Positions 19,413 through 28,909 of a stretch of 64,000 nucleotides of DNA are shown here, piece by piece. The notes beneath the pieces are model-generated. The model saw only the letters and a program-made list of their open reading frames with translations, searched no databases and was not told where the DNA came from. The DNA is from a virus. Taxonomy: Duplodnaviria > Caudoviricetes. A program made the translations under genes and the position numbers. The first letter of the stretch is position 1; each line of letters begins with the position of its first letter. Location: positions 32,001-96,000 of the IMG/VR virus record IMGVR_UViG_2595698902_000001. The stretch is one strand, 5' to 3'.

Positions 19413-21761
19413 TTAAACGTAACGGATGGAGTGGTTATCGGTACGCGGGCTGAACTGGGCTGTGGTAGTAGCAGCACTACGCACAATAATCCAATCCTGC
19501 ATACCGTTACCGTCGTCGTATTGCACGGTCATGGTTTTCGGCAGGTTCGCATCGTAGCCCGGCAGGCCTTCGTTGTTACCCAGCAAATCAGTGCGATACA
19601 TAATACCGTCAAAGGTAACTTGGAAACCGTTTGCCAAGTCGATAATGAACGTACCGCCTGCGGACTTCGGCCACATCAAGTAGATATAATCATCCACTTC
19701 AATTGTGGTCGTGATAGTTTTCGCAGCATCGCCCGGTTTCAGGTCAAGAGTATTAGTCATGACTTTCGACACGAAATCATTCAGGCCAGTCCAACGGGTA
19801 TACGGACGCCCGGTGGAATCCAGATTTGCACCCGGCGCATTAGTCAGCGATACGCCATAATCCAATTCTTCCTGAGTGATTTCAGAAGCGATAGGACCGC
19901 CAGTGAATTCACGGTTGCTAAACATCGCAGTACCGTAACGCAGCTGGGGCAATACCGACGCGCCGGTCGCAACAGTGATGGATTTCGCAGCATTAAGGTT
20001 AACGCCGTCTTCACTGTAGGTCGCAACAATGTTGGTATTTCCGTCTGCAACGCCGGTAGCCAGACCGCTAGAGTTAACGGTTGCGGCAGCGGTGTTAGAC
20101 GACGCCCACGACGTTGGGTTTTTAACTTGCGTAGAACCGTCGCCGTAAGTAACGGTGTAGGTGTACTGCGCAGTATTACCAACAGTCAGGCTAGCCAGAC
20201 CAGTTACGGTCGCGGAAACAGGCCAGATTTTGGTGTCGATAATTGCAATGGTTTTCTTCGCGGTAACGGTCAGGCCATTCAAGGTGTAAGACACGTTAAC
20301 TTCTACCGATTTGCTGCCCGGTGCAGTCAGCGGTTTAGCAGTCAGGACGCCGGTTGCAGCGCCAATGGTTGCGTAAGTGCTGGCGGTAACGGACCACGAT
20401 GCGGTTACGTCGGAATTCGTGCCGTCGCTAAATACGACGTGTGCAAGCAGCGTAGTGCTAGCATTTTGATCAACGGAATTTGCGCCGTTAATAACAATCG
20501 AATCCGGGTAAACGTTCGGATCGGTAATGGTCACAGGCAGGGAAGCAGTACGAGTGATTCCGCTGTTAGTGTACGATGCCGAAATAGTGGTTTGTTTATC
20601 GCGAATCTGATTCGGGAACGGAGTCAGCACGCCACCGGTAAACGAACCAGCGCCCGAGTTACTGGACGAGAAAATGTTCGGGGTAACGGTGTTGGACGAA
20701 CCATCCGACCAGTGAGCCAGAACGGTATAAGTACCGGTTTGGTTTTTCTGGAAAGTGGACGGACCAACAATCTCGATATGATCAAGCAGCACAAGGCTAG
20801 GATCACCTTCGATTGTGATAACATAATCCACAAATACAACTTGGCCGCTTTCTTCGTGTTTCCACGATGCGCGAACAGTGACCGGCGTATCAATCGCAAC
20901 CGGGTTAGCGTGGAACACACCGGTATTTGGATTGAGGGTCGCACGCTCTTGGTTATCGCGCAGGGTCCACGTTGCTTGAACGCTGTACAGGTTTTGGCCG
21001 TCGTCCATTACCACGTCAGCGCGCAGAATGTGATTGGAATTTCCTTTCACTTTTTCTACCGGGCCGACAACGGCAATCGAAGCAGGACGTGGGCCGCTGT
21101 AAGCGAATTCAGTAGTCGCAGGCAACCATTCTGCAACAAAGTTTCCGTCTGGCAGCACTTCGGTAATAAACAGCATGGTGCCGTTTGGTGCGTCGGTGCT
21201 TGGAATGGAAACGTATTTATCGGTGCCGTCGCCAGCACTAATCATGGTGCGCGGAATATCCGGGTGCGAATGCGGCGCAGGTTCGCGGGCGTCACTCATA
21301 CGTGGATCATTGTCGCCAACCACAACCGGCTCAGTTTCGCTAGTGGTCGAACCATCAGCGATGAAGAAACCACCAAAACGATCAACCGATGCCAGCGCAG
21401 GACGGAAATCCTGAATTTCACCAACGATTGGGTCAGCTTCTTTTTTGAAATACTGCTCTTCGGTGTAAATCTCTTCAACCGACGACAGTACCGACCACGA
21501 ACCACGATAGTTTTTATCGTCGTATTTTTCTGCGTCAACGCGACGCATCAAAACCTTGTAGTCTTCATGTTCGGGATCAGCGTTGATCCACGAAACGTTG
21601 TAAGGAACAGTCAAGGTATCTGGTTCCAAAAGGGAAACGAGTACGACGAATTGTTTTCCGCCGTACTCTACCAGAATCTCGACCGGGTTTAGGCGAGAAA
21701 GACCGCGATAGTTTTGAGCAATCGCGATTTTCTCGTCAATGAACTCGGCGAGTGTAGGCAT
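19413..21761 (-). CDS. Fibre-like virion protein: N-terminal DPRxSDAR/HxH adaptor, Ig-like repeats, distinct C-terminal domain
   Basis: Likely start ATG 21761; VGDNDPRMSDAREPAPHSH; about four Big_2-type repeats (WASSNTAAATVNSSGLATG). Confidence 0.78.
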   Translation of the reverse strand: MPTLAEFIDEKIAIAQNYRGLSRLNPVEILVEYGGKQFVVLVSLLEPDTLTVPYNVSWINADPEHEDYKVLMRRVDAEKYDDKNYRGSWSVLSSVEEIYTEEQYFKKEADPIVGEIQDFRPALASVDRFGGFFIADGSTTSETEPVVVGDNDPRMSDAREPAPHSHPDIPRTMISAGDGTDKYVSIPSTDAPNGTMLFITEVLPDGNFVAEWLPATTEFAYSGPRPASIAVVGPVEKVKGNSNHILRADVVMDDGQNLYSVQATWTLRDNQERATLNPNTGVFHANPVAIDTPVTVRASWKHEESGQVVFVDYVITIEGDPSLVLLDHIEIVGPSTFQKNQTGTYTVLAHWSDGSSNTVTPNIFSSSNSGAGSFTGGVLTPFPNQIRDKQTTISASYTNSGITRTASLPVTITDPNVYPDSIVINGANSVDQNASTTLLAHVVFSDGTNSDVTASWSVTASTYATIGAATGVLTAKPLTAPGSKSVEVNVSYTLNGLTVTAKKTIAIIDTKIWPVSATVTGLASLTVGNTAQYTYTVTYGDGSTQVKNPTSWASSNTAAATVNSSGLATGVADGNTNIVATYSEDGVNLNAAKSITVATGASVLPQLRYGTAMFSNREFTGGPIASEITQEELDYGVSLTNAPGANLDSTGRPYTRWTGLNDFVSKVMTNTLDLKPGDAAKTITTTIEVDDYIYLMWPKSAGGTFIIDLANGFQVTFDGIMYRTDLLGNNEGLPGYDANLPKTMTVQYDDGNGMQDWIIVRSAATTTAQFSPRTDNHSIRYV

Positions 21762-21778
21762 TATTTTCCACCCTGCAA

Positions 21779-22420
21779 TTAACGTTGAATATCGCTGGAA
21801 GTCAGCTGGCGCCATACTGCGTTGCCGCTACCGTTCGATACCAGAGTAGCGCCGACAACTGGGGTCGGGCTATTGCTGATAGAAACAGTAGAATTTTTGG
21901 TTTTGAACATGGTCGCAGGTTTTTCTGCGTGGGTATGTTCGGTAGGCTTACGCGCATCGGAGAGTCGCGGATCGCCTTCACCAACAGCAACAGGAACAGA
22001 ACCAACTTTTGGCGCAACGCTCAGTTTTGCTACGCCCAGCGTGGTGACGGTCGCCGGAGGAACTGGATCATTTTGACTCAGAAGATCGGAATCTTCTTGA
22101 TCATAATATTGATCCACTTCGTACTCGGCCATTGTTTCGATTACTTGCCAAGTGTGAACCGTACCGGCTGCGGCGTCGGCCTGTTTGGAAACGCGGCGGC
22201 GAGCGGCACCGTAGTACGGGCTGGCAGGATTGAAATCGAACCAAATAACGTTAAGCGGCAGGATTTCTTGGTACGGTTCACGCAGCGCAGCCACGTCGCA
22301 ATGAACGCGGCGCACTGTGCTGTTAGAAATGCGGTGAATAATCGGATTGGTTTCATCCATGTTCTGGATGTTGGACAGGACTCGCAGGGAATCCCGAATT
22401 TCTACAAGTTGCTTTTCCAT
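21779..22420 (-). CDS. Short fibre-adaptor protein, paralog of the N-terminus of 19413-21761
   Basis: LPLNVIW, ATVTTLGVAKL, VGEGDPRLSDARKPTEHTH. Confidence 0.72.
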   Translation of the reverse strand: MEKQLVEIRDSLRVLSNIQNMDETNPIIHRISNSTVRRVHCDVAALREPYQEILPLNVIWFDFNPASPYYGAARRRVSKQADAAAGTVHTWQVIETMAEYEVDQYYDQEDSDLLSQNDPVPPATVTTLGVAKLSVAPKVGSVPVAVGEGDPRLSDARKPTEHTHAEKPATMFKTKNSTVSISNSPTPVVGATLVSNGSGNAVWRQLTSSDIQR

Positions 22421-22423
22421 GAA

Positions 22424-24064
22424 TTAACCCTCTTGGAAATCGATGGACGAACCGAAGTTCCGAATGTCGGCGGTAAGCGAAACGCGTTTCGCAGGAATGG
22501 ACGGGTCGAGTACGAAATCGAGTTTCATATCGTTATTTGCAATCACGTCCGGGGTGTTGTTGGTCGTATCGCAAATGGTTGCCCAGCCAGTCAGGCCACG
22601 GTTACGCTTGATAACCCGCGCTTCTGTGTCCACCAGATTTTTGAGCTTTTTCCGCTCGAAATCATTGTTCGGGTTAAATACCGAAGGCAGGAACGATTTA
22701 CGAACCATTGCCTTGATACCGTTAACCAGACGGCGAACGTTAACGTTCTGGAAGTGCGACGGGAACGCCTGCAAAGTATTCTGTTCCATGATCACATAAC
22801 CACGGCCCGGAATCCGGCGAATGTAGTTAATCTGCGCTTGTTCCAATGCGTTGCGTTCTTGCAGGTTGTATTTCTTGGACAGGCCGGTAACTTTGACTTG
22901 ACCGCGATCCAAACCAGCTGGCGCCCAGTAGTATTTACGCACGCGGTCGGTGTACGCGTATGCAGCGGCAACCATGCCGGAAACTGGGCACATGAAACGA
23001 CGCCCAGTAACGTCATCTGTTACTTCGCCACGCGGACCGTACAGAGTGCCGTAGCTGCTGTTTACGTTGAGGATATTTCGACGGTAGTTTACAGCGCGAG
23101 AAACTTCCTCATATGCGTATGGCAAATCCATGATTGGAATTGCATCACCGCGTTTCTCTGCAATGCTCACCATATGGCGCTGAATTGCAGGGGTTTCGTA
23201 ACCGGCGCCGATCAGCAATTGCACGTCGTATTGGTCGGTATCTTCAATGCCGTCCCACGCTGCAATAATCTGACTTTCGCTTGGGCGATTACCGTCTTCG
23301 CCGCCGTCCAGACGTTCAAACGCGGTGGTACGGATTTCAACAGCCGGGCAAAGCTGGTTATTTTTGACCTTAATGTATTTCGAGAAGGTGTTAACCCGCT
23401 GCTCGACATACATTTGATTTTGTTCGCCGTCCAGCTCGTATTTACGCGAGCACAGGAACGATTCTACAGGGACGCTGGAATTACCGGAATAATTCAGGAA
23501 AACGTCAATGTAGAAATGAGTCGGGTCGTTAAACGCGCCGATTTCAGTTCCTTCCGGGTTTGCCGGGCGGACGCGGACGCTAATGGCTTTCGACCATTCG
23601 CCCGGAGAATTCGCGCAGATGAAAAGCAGGGCATTAGAGACGCCCGGAGTGCCGACAACAAAACCCAGCTCGGTCAGTGGATCGCCAAGCACGCCTTGCG
23701 GCTGGTTAGTACCGTTGTCGAAATTCACCAGTTTAATCACTGGTTCGGTTGCGCCAAGATCGTCAACGCTGAGGTAGGCGCCAGCGGTTCGGGCAGTCGC
23801 GGAATCAACCGCACGTTTTACCCAAAGAACAGTTTCCGCCAACGTGTGTTCGGCGCAGTGCATACCGAAAGCGTATTTGGAAATGTCTTTAATGCCGAAC
23901 TTCGTTTTCAGATCGCCGGTATCAGTAACGCGAACCCAATTGCGGGTATCGCCTTTCTGCGCCTCGATCACAATAGCGCCAACGGAGCTACTAACCTGCG
24001 AACCACGGATCGAACCGTCAAGATCGCGGTCATACACACCAGCGCTGGAGTCTAGAAAAGCCAT
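22424..24064 (-). CDS. Tail sheath protein 2
   Basis: SAGVYDRDLD..VGAIV, NSPGEW, LDGGEDG, WAPAGLDRG, NVRRLV, VFNPNN, ICDTTNNTP. Confidence 0.93.
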   Translation of the reverse strand: MAFLDSSAGVYDRDLDGSIRGSQVSSSVGAIVIEAQKGDTRNWVRVTDTGDLKTKFGIKDISKYAFGMHCAEHTLAETVLWVKRAVDSATARTAGAYLSVDDLGATEPVIKLVNFDNGTNQPQGVLGDPLTELGFVVGTPGVSNALLFICANSPGEWSKAISVRVRPANPEGTEIGAFNDPTHFYIDVFLNYSGNSSVPVESFLCSRKYELDGEQNQMYVEQRVNTFSKYIKVKNNQLCPAVEIRTTAFERLDGGEDGNRPSESQIIAAWDGIEDTDQYDVQLLIGAGYETPAIQRHMVSIAEKRGDAIPIMDLPYAYEEVSRAVNYRRNILNVNSSYGTLYGPRGEVTDDVTGRRFMCPVSGMVAAAYAYTDRVRKYYWAPAGLDRGQVKVTGLSKKYNLQERNALEQAQINYIRRIPGRGYVIMEQNTLQAFPSHFQNVNVRRLVNGIKAMVRKSFLPSVFNPNNDFERKKLKNLVDTEARVIKRNRGLTGWATICDTTNNTPDVIANNDMKLDFVLDPSIPAKRVSLTADIRNFGSSIDFQEG

Positions 24065-24093
24065 GTAGAACCCCTTGTATGGTTGGAATACGG

Positions 24094-24140
24094 GAAAAGA
24101 AAAATGCGCTCAAATGAACGCAATTCCTGTATTTAAATTA
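24094..24140 (-). promoter_or_regulatory. Putative late promoter TAATTTA plus leader hairpin (TGCGTTC-ATTT-GAGCGCA)
   Basis: Between the terminator at 24175-24198 and the sheath 2 start. Confidence 0.6.
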
Positions 24141-24174
24141 CATAAAGGGGATTTAATGACTTATTTCAGGCAAT

Positions 24175-24198
24175 AAAAAAGGGCCACGAAGGCCCTTT
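24175..24198 (-). terminator. Rho-independent terminator
   Basis: AAAGGGCC-TTCGT-GGCCC-TTTTTT. Confidence 0.85.
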
Positions 24199-24955
24199 AA
24201 GCGAAGTAATCCTCGTCATCCATTTCGGATTCCGGTATTGGTTTCTTTTGCAGCTTTTCCGCGTACAGGTACTGCTTGAAAAGTTCCACGGCATTATCGA
24301 AGTTGCCTTCCGCCCATTCGATAATGGCAGGCATGAAAGGCTTTTGCATGATGAATGCAATGTGCTTATCGATTTGCTTTTTACGCACAATGACGTATTT
24401 GGCAACCGCCGGGTAAATGCGCTGCGGTTCGTTTCGGATCAGGCAGGTCTGCACATAGCAGAATGCCAATGCGTCGATGTTATCGTCTTCATAGAACTTT
24501 TTGGCCTCTAAGAAAACATCCATCAAACGGCGCTTATCGTCGGCGCTGAAACGCATGATTTTATCAGGATGCGAGAGCTGCTTAATGGATTTAAACAGCA
24601 TCAGTATTGTCGGCATTTCATCAGGCGGTGGCGTTTCCTTCGACGGGGGAATAACCGAACCATCGAAATGGTGCTCTTCCTCTTCCTCTTCATCCATGTT
24701 CAAATCGACAAAGAAACCCGACTCTACTACCTGCGTTTGAATGGCCAGCTCTTTGGAATCGGACAGCTCATTGTTTTCTTCCTCTTCGTCTTCGTCGTCT
24801 TCCTCTTCATCGTTCGATTTATCGCCGAATCCACCCATTGCAAAAGCGCATTTAGCGGCCAGCCAGCTATAGCCCATTTCAACCTTTTCAATCAAAGCTT
24901 TTCGCTTTTGATCTTCGATTAGAATGTCGTTTAGAGTGTCTTCGGTAATAATCAT
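24197..24955 (-). CDS. J-domain (DnaJ-like) protein with acidic tracts
   Basis: LFKSIKQLSHPDK...LMDVFLEAKKFYE: HPD motif between helices as in J-domains. Confidence 0.7.
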   Translation of the reverse strand: MIITEDTLNDILIEDQKRKALIEKVEMGYSWLAAKCAFAMGGFGDKSNDEEEDDEDEEEENNELSDSKELAIQTQVVESGFFVDLNMDEEEEEEHHFDGSVIPPSKETPPPDEMPTILMLFKSIKQLSHPDKIMRFSADDKRRLMDVFLEAKKFYEDDNIDALAFCYVQTCLIRNEPQRIYPAVAKYVIVRKKQIDKHIAFIMQKPFMPAIIEWAEGNFDNAVELFKQYLYAEKLQKKPIPESEMDDEDYFA

Positions 24956-25698
24956 AGAATGTCCATCAGATCAGCTTTGTCGGAACGGGCGCTGTTCAGC
25001 ATGATTGCGAATTGCAGCGGCATTCTCATTTTTTCTGCGAAGAAAGTAATGGGGTCACAGCCGTTAACCACTACGATTCGCGGGATGTTATCGTAAATCT
25101 CTAATAGATCGCGCACCTTTTCCAGCTTATGTTGGGGCGAATCCAGACCTACGTTGGTGATAATCAGCATGGAGATATTGCGTTTAACTTTGGCGTCTCG
25201 CAGTTCATCGGCAAAGCTGCCTAGAACGCGGTGCCATAGCGGCAACAGCTTGCCCTTATGTGAGCCAGAACGTTGCATATCGATTGCAACATCCATGATA
25301 TTCATCGCAAGGAATTTAGCGCGTTCATCCGTCACCATCGAACCAATACAGGTAATCGGGGAACCGTGCAACGGATTGGTCAGCATTCGCTGGCACGCAC
25401 TGATTTGACGAGGTACGTTTGTTTTCGGAATTACGTAATCTTCTGGCAACCATTTCGGCACCATTGGAGTAATCGAAACCAACGCATCATCCAGCAGGAA
25501 CGGCGAACGCATAACCTGCATCGCGGTGCCGTCCACGCCTTGGGATTTCAACAGCTTTTGTCGCGGCGTATCAAATCGGAATTTCAGAGGTGGAGCCGGT
25601 TGCCGCACAGACGTGACAGCGCCGCGCTTGGGCTTTTTAATACCCTCTACCCGCTCAACCTTTTTCCGTTCTTTCACGGGTACTGCATCGGTAGCCAT
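24952..25698 (-). CDS. Degenerate DnaC/IstB-like AAA+ protein (putative helicase loader)
   Basis: Secondary-structure-level match: ITCIGS...AKFLAMNIM (Walker A degenerate), MLIITNVG (Walker B position), PRIVVVN (sensor 1). Confidence 0.45.
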   Translation of the reverse strand: MATDAVPVKERKKVERVEGIKKPKRGAVTSVRQPAPPLKFRFDTPRQKLLKSQGVDGTAMQVMRSPFLLDDALVSITPMVPKWLPEDYVIPKTNVPRQISACQRMLTNPLHGSPITCIGSMVTDERAKFLAMNIMDVAIDMQRSGSHKGKLLPLWHRVLGSFADELRDAKVKRNISMLIITNVGLDSPQHKLEKVRDLLEIYDNIPRIVVVNGCDPITFFAEKMRMPLQFAIMLNSARSDKADLMDIL

Positions 25699-25716
25699 AG
25701 CACGTCTCTTTGGTAG

Positions 25717-25935
25717 TTACTTGTTATTTACAGTAAACGCAGTGCCGTAGGGCGTCACGTCCTTAGCGGCCTTGGCGCGCACCTTTTGGCAGGCCTCGAC
25801 AAGTTCTGCGCGTTGTTCCGGGTTGAAATCGCCACATTCGTGGCGCAGGAAATACTCAGCTGCATCACAATACTGGGCGAGTGGGAAACCATTCGGCGGC
25901 ACGCTCAAACCACGACTAAAATTCTGCGTAGTCAT
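25717..25935 (-). CDS. Hypothetical protein
   Basis: 72 aa, ATGA-coupled. Confidence 0.55.
   Translation of the reverse strand: MTTQNFSRGLSVPPNGFPLAQYCDAAEYFLRHECGDFNPEQRAELVEACQKVRAKAAKDVTPYGTAFTVNNK
25725..25734 (-). promoter_or_regulatory. Putative phage promoter ACTGTAAATA
   Basis: One of five identical copies 27-35 nt upstream of starts. Confidence 0.7.
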
Positions 25936-26270
25936 TCGTCGTCACCCATCATGGAAGCGATAAGGTCGCGGGCTTCCTGCGTGCTCACTTCGACTTGTGT
26001 TCCATCGGAGTAATACGCAACTGCAATTTCCCGGTCGCCTTGTGGAATGAATTCCACACGTTCCAGAAATGCCGACATGATAGGCCCTTTAACGATGATG
26101 CAGCGCCCATCGGTTGCCCATTTGTACTCTTCGCCTTCACGCAATTCGGGAACCGGCCACGTTCGGCTCCATCCGCCCAAATTGTCGTCTTTTTGGAAGC
26201 GCTCGATTCTGCGCTGTTCGACGCCAGTTTCGGTGTGAACTTCCATCGTCATTGCTTTGCTATTTTCCAT
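25932..26270 (-). CDS. Hypothetical protein
   Basis: 112 aa tiling the operon. Confidence 0.6.
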   Translation of the reverse strand: MENSKAMTMEVHTETGVEQRRIERFQKDDNLGGWSRTWPVPELREGEEYKWATDGRCIIVKGPIMSAFLERVEFIPQGDREIAVAYYSDGTQVEVSTQEARDLIASMMGDDE

Positions 26271-26279
26271 GATGTTTTC

Positions 26280-26528
26280 TCAGCAAAGAGGATCAGTCGG
26301 GTGTGCGACGTTGTAGGTTTCCAGCTGCAAACGCATACCCTTGTCAAAACCGGTTGGTTCGACGCCGCCTGTATCACACTCGGCCCACAAACGGTTCATT
26401 TCGTAGGTATTGCCGATGCCGTGTTTACCAACCTGCTCGCGCACATAATTGCGACCGTCTTCGATTTCTTCCTCGGGTGTACGCAAGCCGATTGCGCTGC
26501 GAATAACCGCCCAAAGCGAACTAAGCAT
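26280..26528 (-). CDS. Hypothetical protein
   Basis: 82 aa, AGGTG RBS, downstream of an ACTGTAAATA copy. Confidence 0.6.
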   Translation of the reverse strand: MLSSLWAVIRSAIGLRTPEEEIEDGRNYVREQVGKHGIGNTYEMNRLWAECDTGGVEPTGFDKGMRLQLETYNVAHPTDPLC

Positions 26529-26559
26529 AAACGCACCTATTGTTGTGTTGTCTACTTGT

Positions 26560-26569
26560 TATTTACAGT
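26560..26569 (-). promoter_or_regulatory. Putative phage promoter ACTGTAAATA
   Basis: Intergenic, 32 nt upstream of ATG 26528. Confidence 0.7.
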
Positions 26570-26592
26570 CTTCGCAGCGCGCTCGATTCAGC

Positions 26593-26808
26593 TCACTTCT
26601 TGGCCCGGCGATGCTTGGCGCTGCGGCGTTCGGCACGGTTCATCGGGCGGCGATCCATGACAGACGGATGCACCAGATTAGGATTGAGCTTTTGTGCCAG
26701 ACGCAAAGCTTCGTCGGGATCGTGCTTGCCCATTTCCAGAATCAGTTCCTGCAATTTCGCCGCTTGCTCTTCTGGCGTCATTTGCGCGATTTCGTCTTTA
26801 CTCAGCAT
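26593..26808 (-). CDS. Hypothetical protein with NRAERR basic tail
   Basis: 71 aa coupled to the helicase stop. Confidence 0.6.
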   Translation of the reverse strand: MLSKDEIAQMTPEEQAAKLQELILEMGKHDPDEALRLAQKLNPNLVHPSVMDRRPMNRAERRSAKHRRAKK

Positions 26809-28484
26809 CAGTATCCCCTGTTGTATTTTCGCTGTTTGCTTTGCGCCTTTTTCTCAGCGCGTTGTTTTTGGATGCCCGCACCGATACGGCTAAACATGCC
26901 GCCGAACATGCCGCCCGGCTCCCGCGTAACTGTAGAAACTTCGATCTGCGCATCAGGCTCAAAATCCTCAGTAATTGCACGTTTAACATTTCGCGTCCAT
27001 TCCTGCATACGCTGTTCGGCAACCGGCGTCGGCTGGTGCTTAAACGCCAGCGCTTGCTGCCATGTGTTCGCGCAGTATTTCAGCGATGCCGCCGCGCCCG
27101 TATCCACAAAGAATCGAATAATCGGCTGGCGCTTATCCGGGTCCGGTGTGAGAATACGCGAACTTTCCTGTTTCCAGTTCGGTTCGTTGTTCATCGGCAT
27201 AATGTAATACAGGCACGACCACGGCTTAACGTTGATACCGCGTTGCAGCAGTTTGCGAATGCCGACCACTACGCGGATTTTCCGTTCGGACGCCTGCGCC
27301 TTCACCCAGTCACGATGGTTCTTGTTTTTCTTGCCGCCACCTCCAACAAACTCGGCAGCAACTTCGTAGCCTACAGCGCTATTCACGCGGCGCACAATTT
27401 CCGAAATGTGATTCTTGAAATGGCACGGAATCACAATGGAATGCCCGGCTTCAAGGTCTTTCAAAATCCACTGGATAATGAAGTCATTTCGTTTCTTGTT
27501 GCTCGCCAGCGATTTACCCAGTTTGACGAATCCGGGCTTGCCCTTAAACACGCCTTTGGATTTCACGCCGGTATCAACCGCGATCATCTTGGCGACCAGC
27601 TGCGCACGCATGATTTTGGATTTGACGCCACCGACCACCAAAGCAGTGATTTTGTCCTTTCCATCTTTGCGCGTTTCTGTACCAGTGCAACCAAAACGAT
27701 AACGCATTTTCAGGCTGTTCATGACGCTAGCGAATTCAGGCGCACCCGTTGCCTGTACTTCGTCCACAATCACGGTGCCGAAAGTTTTGTTGCAGGCTTT
27801 CAGCAACTTGCGGCCTTTCTTCGACAGGAAACTCTGATAGGTAATAATACCAATCTGAATATCCTCAAGGTCTTCGACTTTCTTGATAAATCCGTACAGC
27901 TTTTTGCCAGTCTTGTTTTGCAAGGCAGGCAGGTTGGTGGACTCTTCAATATCGCCGATGAACTGGTTAAGAAAGTCGTACTGGTCAGCCATCAGCAAAA
28001 CTTTGTGGCCCAGCTCAATCGCCAGTTTCAAAGCAGTCAGGGATTTACCCGAACGCGGAGGCAGAACGAACAGGCCGTATTTAGCCTCTTTCATTTTGCG
28101 CACTGTTTTCAACTGGTAGCTAAACCAATCGCGATCTTCCCCGAGGTCGATTTTCACCTTGTAATCGAAGGGCGCCCGCGTGCGCTTATCAACGATTTTG
28201 TAATCGCTGAAACGGATACGCATTTTCTCTTCGATGTTTTCCCGGTCGCCCAGTGGCAGGCCAATGTATTCGGTATTGCCGAACACTTGCGACTTGGCGA
28301 GCCGATAGGAACCGTTGAAGTTTTCGCAGCCCTTACAAGCGGCAACAGGGCGCTCAGGCCGCAAGTCGCAGGCCCGGCACCCTTGATCGGAAAAGAAGTC
28401 GTGAAAGTATTCTTTCTTGACGCGCTTTTCACTCAGGTCAACACGCGGAACATACAGCTTGTCTGTAACAATGATTTTTCCCAT
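26808..28484 (-). CDS. Superfamily 2 DNA helicase (UvsW/XPB-like)
   Basis: YQ Q-motif, LPPRSGKS, IVDEVQ, GCTGT..RKDG, LLQRGINV, QESSRILTP; N-terminal CxxC...CxxC. Confidence 0.9.
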   Translation of the reverse strand: MGKIIVTDKLYVPRVDLSEKRVKKEYFHDFFSDQGCRACDLRPERPVAACKGCENFNGSYRLAKSQVFGNTEYIGLPLGDRENIEEKMRIRFSDYKIVDKRTRAPFDYKVKIDLGEDRDWFSYQLKTVRKMKEAKYGLFVLPPRSGKSLTALKLAIELGHKVLLMADQYDFLNQFIGDIEESTNLPALQNKTGKKLYGFIKKVEDLEDIQIGIITYQSFLSKKGRKLLKACNKTFGTVIVDEVQATGAPEFASVMNSLKMRYRFGCTGTETRKDGKDKITALVVGGVKSKIMRAQLVAKMIAVDTGVKSKGVFKGKPGFVKLGKSLASNKKRNDFIIQWILKDLEAGHSIVIPCHFKNHISEIVRRVNSAVGYEVAAEFVGGGGKKNKNHRDWVKAQASERKIRVVVGIRKLLQRGINVKPWSCLYYIMPMNNEPNWKQESSRILTPDPDKRQPIIRFFVDTGAAASLKYCANTWQQALAFKHQPTPVAEQRMQEWTRNVKRAITEDFEPDAQIEVSTVTREPGGMFGGMFSRIGAGIQKQRAEKKAQSKQRKYNRGY

Positions 28485-28501
28485 AGCGTTTTTCTGGCGT
28501 C

Positions 28502-28909
28502 CTAGTTGGCGCCACTAGGGGAACTCCCGTGGCAACCGTCAGTGCATGGATGTGTTAAGCGTGCATATTCCAGATTTACAATAACCGGCCACTGCTCTTT
28601 TTGGACGTATTCGATCAGGTCCAAAATCATGGAGTCATTGCCCCACCGCACAGGATAAACCTCTAAGTTGTACGGCGAGTTTTCCGGCGCGGCGTAGTAA
28701 TACCGATTTACCAGACGTTTGGCGTCTTCGATACCGGTCACAACCGCAATGAAAATCCCGCCGCCAGTATTAGCCAGCTGGGCGCCCGCGACGATGGTTT
28801 CTAGCAGTGGCTCGCTGAACAAATCTCGCACGTTAAAGAACGATGCGTAGTTGCTGAAAACCGACCACGATTCCAGTTGCCCACGCAGCAGAATTAAACG
28901 GCTAGCCAT
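28502..28909 (-). CDS. Hypothetical protein
   Basis: 135 aa tiling the operon. Confidence 0.6.
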   Translation of the reverse strand: MASRLILLRGQLESWSVFSNYASFFNVRDLFSEPLLETIVAGAQLANTGGGIFIAVVTGIEDAKRLVNRYYYAAPENSPYNLEVYPVRWGNDSMILDLIEYVQKEQWPVIVNLEYARLTHPCTDGCHGSSPSGAN

